Part shown: positions 8,020 through 16,648 of the stretch, one piece after another | Layout: every line of letters begins with the position of its first letter | Position numbering within the stretch: the stretch's first letter is position 1 | Assembly (NCBI GenBank): GCA_024637275.1 | Contig: JAGXFS010000063.1 | Span: 1-57,557 of the forward strand | Direction of reading: 5' to 3' | Length of the DNA: 57,557 nt | Source: Acidimicrobiia bacterium | GTDB lineage: Bacteria > Actinomycetota > Acidimicrobiia > Spongiisociales > JAENVV01 | Position numbers and translations under genes: made by a program | The notes under the pieces: model-generated | What the model was told of the DNA's origin: nothing | Databases searched by the model: none | The model's input: only the letters and a program-made list of their open reading frames with translations

Positions 8020-9657
8020 GTGAAGCGCATCGGGTGGACGCTGTTCATAGCGGGCACCTTCCTGCTCGGTTCGATGACGCCGGCACTCGGGTCCGTTGAC
8101 GATCCGGGTGGAACGTTCTGGGACGACGATCGAAATATTCACGAAGCCCAGATCGAGGCCATCGCCGCCGCCGGAATCACCTTCGGTTGTGGGTCCGACC
8201 TCTATTGCCCTGACCAACCCGTCACAAGGGGCCAAATGGCCGCCTTCCTGCATCGAGGCTTCAACCTCCCCAACACCGGCGTGGATCGCTTCGCCGACGA
8301 TGACGACTCCGAGTTCGAGGCTGACATCAACGCCCTGGCCGCAGCCGGCATTACGGTTGGTTGTGCTCCGGACGCCTACTGCCCGGACCGAGCGGTCACC
8401 CGCGGCCAAATGGCTGCATTCCTCACCAGAGTGCTCGAACTCCCGCCTGGCGAAGATCGGTTTGTCGACGACGCCGACTCAGAGTTCCAAGGCAACATCA
8501 ACTCCCTCGCCATCGCGGGTATCACCGTCGGGTGCAACCAGGCGGGTGATCGATTCTGTCCCAACGATCCGGTTAAACGTGACCAGATGGCCTCGTTTCT
8601 CGCCAGGGCATTAAAGCTCACGCCGCTTGTGCCAGCCGAACGTCCCAGCTTCACGGTTGCCTTCACCGGCGACATCCTTCTCCACATGCCGGTGAACTAC
8701 GCTGCCGCCAACTACGGCAAGGACTCGGGGAAGAAGTATGACTTCGAGCCGATGTTCACCGCGATCAAACCGATTATCAGCGCAGCCGATCTGGGTATCT
8801 GTCATCTTGAGGTACCCCTGCATCCCGATTCAATCAACCTGTCGGGCTACCCGGGTTTTCAGGGTCCGGCCGAGATCGCCGACGCGATCGTCGCCGCCGG
8901 GTATGAGGGGTGTTCGGTGGCTTCCAACCATTCGTACGACCGGGGCGTAACCGGCGTTAAGAACACCCTGGACGTTATGACCTCGCGCGGGCTCGGCTAC
9001 GACGGTATGGCCTATGACGCGGCCGACCGGTTAGCGGCTCAAACGTACGAAGTGGGTGACGTGACCGTGGCGCACCTGTCCTACGCCGACTGGCTTAACG
9101 GTCTACGACTGCCGTCGGACAAACCCTGGCTGGTCAATCTCGTAAATGCGGATGTGGTCATCGCCGACGCCGACCGGGCCCGCCAGGCCGGGGCAGATGT
9201 GGTCCTGGTAAGCATTCATTGGGGAACCGAATATCGGGTAGATCCAACTGCCGCACAGGCCAGGATGGCCAACGCTCTGACGGCCGCTGCCAGCATCGAT
9301 CTCGTCGTCGGCCATCACGCACACGTGGTTCAACCCATCGGGCAGTACGGGTCGGAGTACGTCATCTACGGACTCGGAAACTCCCTGTCCAATCAATTAT
9401 GGAGCGCCCAGACCACCGACGGGCTCCTGGTGACGGTTGAGATGGCTTTACGCGATAGCGACTGGATGCCACGAGAGGTGGTCTACACCCCTACCTGGGT
9501 TCAAGCGGGAACGTACCGGATTCTTCCTGTCGTGGAAACCCTCAGATCTGGCAACATTCCGTCCACCCTGCGGAGCCAGTTGCTCGGCTCGTGGCGTCGC
9601 ACGACCGAACGAGTAGAACGCCATGGGGCTGACGTCAGGCCATCTGCCGTCCCGTAG
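8020..9657 (+). CDS. secreted protein: signal peptide, 3 SLH-like repeats, C-terminal CapA/PGA-type metallophosphatase domain
   Basis: GGAGGA lies 5 nt upstream of GTG 8020, and the N-terminus VKRIGWTLFIAGTFLLGSMTPALG looks like a signal peptide. Three SLH-like repeats follow. The CapA-family motifs are then present (FTGDILLH, ASNHSYD, HWGTEY, GHHAHVVQP). Confidence 0.8.
   Translation: MKRIGWTLFIAGTFLLGSMTPALGSVDDPGGTFWDDDRNIHEAQIEAIAAAGITFGCGSDLYCPDQPVTRGQMAAFLHRGFNLPNTGVDRFADDDDSEFEADINALAAAGITVGCAPDAYCPDRAVTRGQMAAFLTRVLELPPGEDRFVDDADSEFQGNINSLAIAGITVGCNQAGDRFCPNDPVKRDQMASFLARALKLTPLVPAERPSFTVAFTGDILLHMPVNYAAANYGKDSGKKYDFEPMFTAIKPIISAADLGICHLEVPLHPDSINLSGYPGFQGPAEIADAIVAAGYEGCSVASNHSYDRGVTGVKNTLDVMTSRGLGYDGMAYDAADRLAAQTYEVGDVTVAHLSYADWLNGLRLPSDKPWLVNLVNADVVIADADRARQAGADVVLVSIHWGTEYRVDPTAAQARMANALTAAASIDLVVGHHAHVVQPIGQYGSEYVIYGLGNSLSNQLWSAQTTDGLLVTVEMALRDSDWMPREVVYTPTWVQAGTYRILPVVETLRSGNIPSTLRSQLLGSWRRTTERVERHGADVRPSAVP
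8116..8625 (+). repeat. three tandem SLH-like repeats with a conserved Cys pair (coding repeat inside 8020..9657)
   Basis: Three copies of F-x-D-D-x-x-S-E-F-x-x-x-I-N-x-L-A-x-A-G-I-T-x-G-C-x(3-5)-[YF]-C-P-x3-V-x-R-[GD]-Q-M-A-[AS]-F-L. This is the same module as in 2023..2559. Confidence 0.75.
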
Positions 9658-9737
9658 TTGGGGTAGACGAACTCAAACCTCTGCGATCAGGGCCGATGTA
9701 GACTGATCAGCACAACAGAGATCAAGCTACCTATTTG

Positions 9738-9910
9738 AAGCGCCTGACCCCGTTACAGGGGTGACGAGGAGGAGGATCATCGAAAGTGGCCCCCAGGGGT
9801 CGCGTCGGCGGATGTTCTCCCGGCTGCTCACGGTCGTGACGTACGTGCCAAAACCCGACGGTAACGCCGGGGACAACCGCACGGCGACGTGAGGGAACCT
9901 GCAGGTTCCG
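9738..9910 (+). ncRNA. glmS ribozyme: glmS ribozyme (GlcN6P-dependent self-cleaving riboswitch)
   Basis: It lies directly upstream of glmS. The cleavage-site context A|GCGCC is at 9739|9740, followed by the conserved core blocks GUGACGAGGA (9761-9770), AUCGAA (9779-9784), GGCGGAUG (9807-9814) and CUCCCGGCUG (9817-9826). GACGGUAACGCC and a terminal hairpin GGAACC-UGCA-GGUUCC come next. GGAGGA pairs with UUCUCC as P2. Confidence 0.85.
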
Positions 9911-9947
9911 ATTTCCGGCTTGATCCGCGCCCAAGGAGACTCTGCAC

Positions 9948-11780
9948 ATGTGCGGAATAGTTGGATATGTCGGCACAAAGCCGGCCCAGTCAATACTCGT
10001 CAACGGACTCGCCCGCCTCGAATATCGCGGTTACGACTCTGCCGGAATCGCCATCATTGATGGTTCGAAGATCGGTGTCACCAAGACCGCCGGTCGGGTC
10101 GCCGATCTCATCTCGTCGATAGCGGCGGACCAGGGTTCGTATACCGGCTCGGTCGGAATCGGGCACACCCGGTGGGCCACCCACGGGGCACCCGTCACGA
10201 AGAATGCCCACCCTCACAGCGACTGCTCGCAGAATGTGGCCGTCGTTCACAACGGCATCATCGAGAATTACATGCAGTTGCGCGACGAACTGATCGCCGC
10301 CGGCCACACCTTCACGTCCGATACCGACACCGAAGTTGTGGCACATCTAGTCGAACAGATGGGCGACGAGCCACTGGAAATCATCGTTCGCAACATCATG
10401 GAAAAGGCCGAAGGCGCCCTCGCCATCGGCGTGGTCCGGGCGTCTGATCCCGATCTGATCGTGGCAGCTCGCCGGGGCAGCCCGCTCGTCATTGGGTTCG
10501 GCGACGGCGAGAGTTTCCTCGCCTCGGATATCCCCGCCATTCTCGAACACACCCGGCGCATCGCCATCGTTGGCGACGACAACGTCGTCTCGCTCACTCC
10601 TGGCGGTGTCTCCATTACCGACCTGGCGGGAAACCCCGTTGAACCGGTAGTTCGTGACATCGAATGGGATCTTGAGTCCGCCGAGCGCGGCGGGTACGAC
10701 GACTTTATGTTGAAGGAGATCTACGAACAGCCGAAAGCGCTGACAGACACCTTGGCTGGCCGCATCGACGATCACTACCGAATCCATTTACCCGAACTCG
10801 ACTTGACCCCTCGCGAAGCTCGCGCCATTGACAAGGTGTTTGTGGTGGCTTGCGGCACCTCCTATCACGCGGGACTCATGGCCAAGTATGCAATCGAGCG
10901 GTGGACCAGGCTCCCGGTTGAGATCGATATCGCCTCGGAGTTTCGCTATCGCGACCCCGTGCTCGACGACCGAACAATGGTGATCGGGATGAGCCAGTCC
11001 GGCGAAACTGCCGATACGTTGGCGGCGATCGAGTACGCCCAGGCCCAGGGTGCCTACGTCGTCGCCACGACGAACGTCGTCGACTCGTCGATGGCCCGGG
11101 TTGCCGACTCCGTCCTGTACACCCGGGCCGGTCCCGAGATCGGCGTCGCATCCACGAAGACTTTCGTGTGTCAGCTGGTCCTCATGCAGATCTTGGCCCT
11201 GTATCTAGCCCAGATCCGAGGGGCCCTCGACGGCGCCACCGTTGAAGTAATGGCCAAGTCGATCCGAGCGCTTCCCGACCAGGTCGAGAAACTGCTGGAA
11301 CGGGCCGACGACATCATGGAGCAGGCCCGCAAGTACACCGACGTCAAGGACGTGTTCTTCCTCGGCCGGGGTGTTTCCTTCCCGATCGCTCTCGAAGGTG
11401 CACTCAAGCTGAAGGAAATCGCCTACGTCCGCGCCGAGGGATATCCGGCCGGGGAAATGAAGCACGGGCCGATTGCCCTCATCGAGAAGGGTGTCCTGGT
11501 CGTTGGGGTGGCCACGAAGAGCCACCTCCATGCCAAAACTCTTTCGAATATGGAAGAGATGAAGGCCCGGGCGGCCACACTCTTCATGGTGCTGACCGAA
11601 GGTGACACCGAGGGTCAGCGCTTGGCCGACGACGTTGCCTGGGTCCCGCCGGCTCCCGAGCTCATCGCTCCGGTGACCGCCGTTATCCCACTGCAGCTCT
11701 TTGCCTACGCGATATCGAAGGCCAAAGGACTTGACGTCGACAAGCCGCGCAACCTGGCAAAAACCGTAACGGTCGAATAA
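9948..11780 (+). CDS. glmS: glutamine--fructose-6-phosphate aminotransferase (isomerizing)
   Basis: 610 aa. The N-terminal nucleophile motif MCGIVGY is present, followed by a GATase-2 domain, two SIS domains, and the C-terminus KPRNLAKTVTVE. AAGGAG lies upstream of the start. Confidence 0.97.
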   Translation: MCGIVGYVGTKPAQSILVNGLARLEYRGYDSAGIAIIDGSKIGVTKTAGRVADLISSIAADQGSYTGSVGIGHTRWATHGAPVTKNAHPHSDCSQNVAVVHNGIIENYMQLRDELIAAGHTFTSDTDTEVVAHLVEQMGDEPLEIIVRNIMEKAEGALAIGVVRASDPDLIVAARRGSPLVIGFGDGESFLASDIPAILEHTRRIAIVGDDNVVSLTPGGVSITDLAGNPVEPVVRDIEWDLESAERGGYDDFMLKEIYEQPKALTDTLAGRIDDHYRIHLPELDLTPREARAIDKVFVVACGTSYHAGLMAKYAIERWTRLPVEIDIASEFRYRDPVLDDRTMVIGMSQSGETADTLAAIEYAQAQGAYVVATTNVVDSSMARVADSVLYTRAGPEIGVASTKTFVCQLVLMQILALYLAQIRGALDGATVEVMAKSIRALPDQVEKLLERADDIMEQARKYTDVKDVFFLGRGVSFPIALEGALKLKEIAYVRAEGYPAGEMKHGPIALIEKGVLVVGVATKSHLHAKTLSNMEEMKARAATLFMVLTEGDTEGQRLADDVAWVPPAPELIAPVTAVIPLQLFAYAISKAKGLDVDKPRNLAKTVTVE

Positions 11781-11785
11781 TGGGT

Positions 11786-11818
11786 GACGGGTGGACCGGG
11801 CACTCCGGTCCACCCGTC
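11786..11818 (+). terminator. perfect 14-bp stem-loop after glmS (no U-tract)
   Basis: GACGGGTGGACCGG-gcact-CCGGTCCACCCGTC begins 6 nt after the glmS stop. Confidence 0.45.
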
Positions 11819-11842
11819 CGGACCGGTTAGGCTCGTCGAGCT

Positions 11843-13261
11843 GTGCCCCACGTCTACATCCGCTGTCCCAATCCTGCTGAGTTCGAGGCAGGGTTTACCC
11901 GCCTTCGCAACGACTTTGCCGTGCCCGAGCAGTTCCCGGCAGCAGTCATCGCTGATGCCCTACGGGCGATCGCCTCAGCAGACAACGCAACGCGTCGCGA
12001 TGACACCGACATCGAATTTATCGCCATCGATCCGGAGGGATCAAGGGACCTCGATCAGGTCTATCACGCTAAACGGCGTTCTTCGGGCTATCGGGTGCAC
12101 TACGGGATCGCCGATGTGGCGAGGTTCGTGGATCCGGGATCCGTCCTTGATAGGGAGACACGAGCCAGGGGTGTGACGTTTTACGCCCCGGACCATCACT
12201 CCCCGCTGCATCCAGAAATTCTCAGTGAAGCGAACGCCTCACTCCTCGCCGGTGAGGATCGACCGGCCGTTCTCTGGACGCTTGATCTTGACGATTCGGG
12301 CCGTTTGGTCGACGTCGGTGCCGAGCGTTCCGTGGTGCGCAATCGCGAACAACTCTCCTATCACACTGCCCAGGAACGGATTGAGTCCGGTTCGGGATCC
12401 GAATCGCTCTTGTTACTTAAAGAAATCGGCGAACTCCGGCAACACCTCGCAGCCGACAGGGGCGCGGTTTCGCTAAACCTGCCTGGCCAGGAACTGGTCA
12501 AAGTCGACGGACACTATGACATCGAGTACGACGACTTTCTTCCGGTTGAGGAATGGAACGCCCAAATTTCGCTCCTAACGGGAATGGCCGCTGCGCAAAT
12601 GATGATGGATGCCAAGGTCGGCCTGGTTCGGACCCTGCCACCTCCCGATTCCAAGACGCTGGCAACACTGCGCATGCACAGCAGGGCACTCGACGTGCCA
12701 TTCCCGGACGACCTTCCTTACGGGGATTGGGTCAGTTCGCTCGATCCAGCCATACCGGCACAGGTCGCCTTGATGACACAAGCCACCCATGGCCTGCGAG
12801 GAGCCGGGTATCAGGCCTTCGACGGGTCCGCTCCCGATCACGCCGAACACGCGGCGATCGCCGCCAACTACACCCACGTGACCGCACCACTCCGCCGGTT
12901 GGTCGATCGGTTCACCAGCGAAATAGCTGTTGCGCTTTCTGCTTCACGGCGACCTCCCGGTTGGGTGATCGAAGCCCTCCCGGAACTCCCCAAGATCATG
13001 CAGAAAGCCCGGTCTCGCGAAACTCGCTACGAGCGCGCGCTGGTCGACTTCTCCGAAACGCTCATCCTGGCGGATCGGGTTGGCGAAACGTTCGAGGCCG
13101 TCGTGGTCGATATCAACGACGACGAAGCCACCATTCAGCTCACCGAACCTGCGGTGGTCGCGACGATCGCGTCGGGATCACAGCAACTTGCCGACCGGGT
13201 ACAGATCCAATTGGAGAGCACGGACATCTATACCCGGGTCTTGTCCTTCAAGCTGGTGTGA
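11843..13261 (+). CDS. RNB-domain exoribonuclease (RNase II/R family)
   Basis: GTG start. RNB motifs are present (DLDQVYHA, HYGIADVARFV, VTFYAPDHHSPLHPE, YTHVTAPLRRLVDR), with an S1-like C-terminus. Confidence 0.85.
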   Translation: MPHVYIRCPNPAEFEAGFTRLRNDFAVPEQFPAAVIADALRAIASADNATRRDDTDIEFIAIDPEGSRDLDQVYHAKRRSSGYRVHYGIADVARFVDPGSVLDRETRARGVTFYAPDHHSPLHPEILSEANASLLAGEDRPAVLWTLDLDDSGRLVDVGAERSVVRNREQLSYHTAQERIESGSGSESLLLLKEIGELRQHLAADRGAVSLNLPGQELVKVDGHYDIEYDDFLPVEEWNAQISLLTGMAAAQMMMDAKVGLVRTLPPPDSKTLATLRMHSRALDVPFPDDLPYGDWVSSLDPAIPAQVALMTQATHGLRGAGYQAFDGSAPDHAEHAAIAANYTHVTAPLRRLVDRFTSEIAVALSASRRPPGWVIEALPELPKIMQKARSRETRYERALVDFSETLILADRVGETFEAVVVDINDDEATIQLTEPAVVATIASGSQQLADRVQIQLESTDIYTRVLSFKLV

Positions 13262-13271
13262 GGGTCTAGAC

Positions 13272-13676
13272 CTACTCAGCGCGAATGGTTAGCACCGGGC
13301 AAGGAGCTTCCATGATGATCGCCTGGGCGTTGCTCCCGAGGATCAACTTGCCGAGGCTTGATCGACGTCGCACGCCGATGACTATCAACTCCGCCTCTTC
13401 TGTTTTGGCGACCTCGACAATGTCCTCCACGGGCTTGTTGCCGAGCACCAGACCAGCGAGACGGAAGTCCTTGATCCCCTCATCTTCCAGCCGCCTCTCG
13501 ATACGCTCCCCGGCTTGCCGGTAGGCGACCACGTCTTCATCCTTGTCATGATCACCGCCGCGTGACGAATGAATAACCACTAGGCGTGCGTTGTTGCGTT
13601 TGGCCTCGGTGATTGCCCAGTTGAGGGCGGCCTGACCTTCGGACGTCAAAACATAGCCGACGACAATTGTGCCCAT
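13272..13676 (-). CDS. universal stress protein (UspA family)
   Basis: 134 aa. The sequence IVVGY...ALNWA...A..ARLVVIH...ELIVIGVRRRSSLGKLILGSNAQAIIMEAPCPVLTI is the canonical Usp pattern. Confidence 0.88.
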   Translation of the reverse strand: MGTIVVGYVLTSEGQAALNWAITEAKRNNARLVVIHSSRGGDHDKDEDVVAYRQAGERIERRLEDEGIKDFRLAGLVLGNKPVEDIVEVAKTEEAELIVIGVRRRSSLGKLILGSNAQAIIMEAPCPVLTIRAE

Positions 13677-13809
13677 GGGTGGGTACCTTTCTTAGTTCAC
13701 CTCCATTCTGCCAGCGTCAAAGCTCACTGTGATCGCTCGAACGGTTCTTTGAGCCGGATCGGCCCCGATCTTCGAGCCGGGGCGGCCCGACGAATGACAT
13801 ACTTAGGGC

Positions 13810-14460
13810 ATGAATGGGCAGGTACGCGCACACATCTACAAGCACTTCCGCGACCAAGCCGCCGCACCATCGACCGGCGACATCGCCAGCTCCCTGGGAA
13901 GGTCACACGAGGAGGTCACCGTCGCCCTTGACGAGTTGGCCGCGTCACATGCCATCGTCCTTCGGCCAGGAACTCACGACATCTGGATGGCCCATCCGTT
14001 TTCGGGCATCCCCACGGACTACACCGCAACCGTCGGCGGTAACACCTGGTACGCCAACTGCGGGTGGGACTCCATCGCCATTCTGGCGTTGCTAGGCGAT
14101 GGAACGTTCGCATCGAAGGACCCGCTAACGGACACCACCAACGAATGGACAGTGAATGACGGAGTAGTCACGCCAGCCGGAGTCGTGCACTTCCTGGTAC
14201 CGGCCCGCCAGTTCTGGGACGACATCGGGTACACCTGAAGCAATATTCTCGCCTTCCGGTCGGAAGGTGACGTACTCAGCTGGACCCGTTCACACGGCAT
14301 CGCAGTCGGCGCGATCGTTGATATGCAAACCGTTCTTCAGCTCGGCCACGACTGGTACTCGGGTCGCTTTGATCCGGCCTGGGAACGCCCGGGAGCCGAC
14401 GATATCGTCTCAATGTTCGCTGCGCTTGGCCTAACCGGCCCGTTCTGGTCGCTGAGCTAG
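13810..14460 (+). CDS. MerB-family (alkylmercury-lyase-like) protein with an in-frame UGA at codon 143; candidate selenocysteine, or alternatively a nonsense-disrupted pseudogene
   Basis: The 142-aa ORF ends at TGA 14236-14238, but the same frame continues for 73 codons to TAG 14458-14460. Both parts align to MerB. WYANCGWDSIAI matches LYAWCALDTLIF (Cys96/Asp99). PAG-x18-[TGA]-S-NILAFRS...WTRSHG matches PAG-x18-C159-C160-HVHFFAS...WASKHQG. A SECIS-like hairpin follows the TGA. Confidence 0.65.
14249..14270 (+). promoter_or_regulatory. SECIS-like RNA hairpin downstream of the in-frame UGA
   Basis: UCGCCUUCC-GGUC-GGAAGGUGA forms a 9-bp stem (one G.U) with loop GGUC. It begins 10-11 nt after UGA 14236-14238. 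Confidence 0.55.
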
Positions 14461-14529
14461 CCAAGTCCAGGATCCGTCCCGGTTTCCTTAAGCGCATTGC
14501 GTTTCCCGTCGAACGACGATAATCCCCTG

Positions 14530-15210
14530 ATGGACGCACGCATCCTTATCGTCGAAGACGATGAATCAATTCGAGAAACCACTGCCATTGGACTTCGACA
14601 GGCAGGGTTCACCGTCGCCGAAGCTGCCGATGGCCAGGAAGGCTTGGAGCTGTTCCGCGAATGGCGCCCCGACGCCATCGTGCTCGACGTCATGCTTCCG
14701 AAGCTTGACGGACTGGAAGTCTGTCGGACGATCCGCAAGGACGCCACAGTTCCCATTGTCATGCTGACCGCCCGGTCCGACACGATTGACGTCGTCGTTG
14801 GCCTCGAAGCCGGTGCCGACGACTACATCACCAAGCCCTTCGAGTTCCCGGTTCTGGTCGCTCGTCTCCGGTCAGTGCTGCGGCGATCAATCGAGACCCA
14901 CCAAACCGCACTCTTGCGACTGGGACCCCTGGCGATTGATCAGGCGGGCTATGAGGTCACCAAAAACGAAGAGCTCATCCGGTTGAGCAACACCGAATTT
15001 GAGCTGCTGGCGACCCTGGCCAGCCGCCCCAAGCAAGTGTTCACCCGTGAAATGTTGCTCGACCGCGTGTGGGGCTACGACTACCTCGGCGACTCGCGAC
15101 TGGTCGATGTGGCCGTGCAGAGGTTGCGCTCCAAGGTCGAAGACAACCCGGCCGAACCGCGTCTCATTCTGACGGTTCGAGGGGTCGGCTACCGCGCCGG
15201 CCACAGCTGA
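14530..15210 (+). CDS. mtrA: OmpR-family DNA-binding response regulator, MtrA-like
   Basis: The receiver domain (ILIVEDDESIRE, LDVMLP, ADDYITKPF) and a winged-helix C-terminus ending TVRGVGYRAG closely resemble MtrA. It is followed by a kinase and an LpqB-like lipoprotein. ATG 14530 is preferred over TTG 14497. Confidence 0.9.
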   Translation: MDARILIVEDDESIRETTAIGLRQAGFTVAEAADGQEGLELFREWRPDAIVLDVMLPKLDGLEVCRTIRKDATVPIVMLTARSDTIDVVVGLEAGADDYITKPFEFPVLVARLRSVLRRSIETHQTALLRLGPLAIDQAGYEVTKNEELIRLSNTEFELLATLASRPKQVFTREMLLDRVWGYDYLGDSRLVDVAVQRLRSKVEDNPAEPRLILTVRGVGYRAGHS

Positions 15211-16628
15211 TGCGCCGACGCATTATCGGTACCACCCTGGCTTTGGTCGGCCTCACCGCGGCGGTGTTGGCGGTAGCTGTTTGGCTGGTCGTGTCGGGTG
15301 CCCTGCGGAACCAACTGATCGACGAAGCTACCGGACGAGTGGAATTCGCCGCTGCGGTTCTTGCCCCTGCCCGGCTCGATGCCACTCCGACACTCGACGA
15401 GTTTGTCGCAGCCCAGTTCGACGCTGACCTGCGCCTCGCCGCCGATGAGGGCCTGTACGTGGACTTCGGGGAGGGCGATCCGTTTGTGTCGGGCTTTCGG
15501 TTCTCGATACCTCCCGATACACAGCTCGTAACGCCGGTGGCGGGCGGAAGACTTGCCTGGCAGTGGACGACAGTGGCCAACGAGGGCTACCTCGTGGCCG
15601 GAGCTCGCACGCCAGCAACTGGTCCCAATCTCTATTTGTTTGTCCCAACCGCCGAGCTCGATGCAACACTGGCATCGTTACGTAATGCGGCCCTCCTGGT
15701 TGGACTGGTCGTGATCGCACTCGGAGGGCTGGTCGCCAGGCGCATCGCCCGCCAAGTGCTGAGACCGGTCGGCGAAGCAGCCCACGCCGCCCGGAAAATG
15801 GCGGCTGGAGACCTCGCCACCCGGCTCGATGACGATTCGACCGACGAATTCGGCGATTGGGCTGGAGCCTTCAATCAGATGGCTGTCAGTCTCGAGGCGA
15901 CGATTGCCCAGCTGCGCGACGCCGAGGAGTTGCAGCGCCGCTTCGTCGCCGACGTGGCCCACGAACTGCGAACTCCGGTCACCGGCCTCGTCAACGAGGC
16001 TGAGCTGCTCAGACGTCAAATTGATGAACTGCCCGCCGAACTTCGGCGCGTGGCGGAACTCCTCATTCACGACGTCGGTCGATTGCGTCGATTGGTTGAC
16101 GACCTGCTCGAGATCTCCCGTCTCGATGCATCGTCCGACCCGATTCGGTCCGAGCCGTTCGACATTCGCGACTTTCTCAAGGCCCACGTCGCCGATCGCC
16201 TCCCGGCTGCGGTGCTCGCCTGCGAACCACGCAGGATCGTTACGGACCGGCGGCGGCTCGACCGGATCGTCGGCAACATCTTGGGCAATGCAGCCGTGCA
16301 TGCCAGGGGCAGCAAAGTGGACATTGAAAGCTACGTCAAAGACGGACGGCTCACAATCGCGATATCAGATCGAGGACCCGGCTACGACGGAGAACTCGAT
16401 TGGTTGTTCGGCAGATTCTCACAGGCCGACGCCTCCCGATCCGGATCCGGATCGGGCCTGGGGCTGGCGATCGCCCGGGACCATGCCCGGTCCCTCGGAG
16501 GGGATCTGACCGCCACCCGCCGGCCGGCCGGAGGACTCGCCTTCGTCGTCGAGATTCCTGTGACAGAACTGTTACCTGACAGTGAAGAAGACGTGATGTT
16601 GGTGTCGCATGATGAGGTTGAAAGTTGA
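15210..16628 (+). CDS. mtrB: sensor histidine kinase, MtrB-like (2 TM, HAMP, HisKA, HATPase)
   Basis: The start ATG overlaps the regulator stop (TGATG). The H-box FVADVAHELRTPVT and the N, G1 and G2 boxes are present (GNAAVHA, DRGPG, GSGLGLAI). Confidence 0.88.
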   Translation: MRRRIIGTTLALVGLTAAVLAVAVWLVVSGALRNQLIDEATGRVEFAAAVLAPARLDATPTLDEFVAAQFDADLRLAADEGLYVDFGEGDPFVSGFRFSIPPDTQLVTPVAGGRLAWQWTTVANEGYLVAGARTPATGPNLYLFVPTAELDATLASLRNAALLVGLVVIALGGLVARRIARQVLRPVGEAAHAARKMAAGDLATRLDDDSTDEFGDWAGAFNQMAVSLEATIAQLRDAEELQRRFVADVAHELRTPVTGLVNEAELLRRQIDELPAELRRVAELLIHDVGRLRRLVDDLLEISRLDASSDPIRSEPFDIRDFLKAHVADRLPAAVLACEPRRIVTDRRRLDRIVGNILGNAAVHARGSKVDIESYVKDGRLTIAISDRGPGYDGELDWLFGRFSQADASRSGSGSGLGLAIARDHARSLGGDLTATRRPAGGLAFVVEIPVTELLPDSEEDVMLVSHDEVES

Positions 16629-16648
16629 CCTACAAGAAGGAGTACATC

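Noticed and set aside
9727-10003. Minus-strand ORFs 9727..9993 and 9731..10003 upstream of glmS.
   Set aside because: They overlap the glmS ribozyme and the glmS start. Their composition is implausible, and the region is explained by the ribozyme.
13810-14460. Reading the MerB-like gene as part of a mercury-resistance (mer) operon.
   Set aside because: No merA, merR, merT, merP or any mobile-element context exists within tens of kb. The neighbours are a Usp gene and mtrAB-lpqB. Only family membership is claimed, not organomercurial lyase function.
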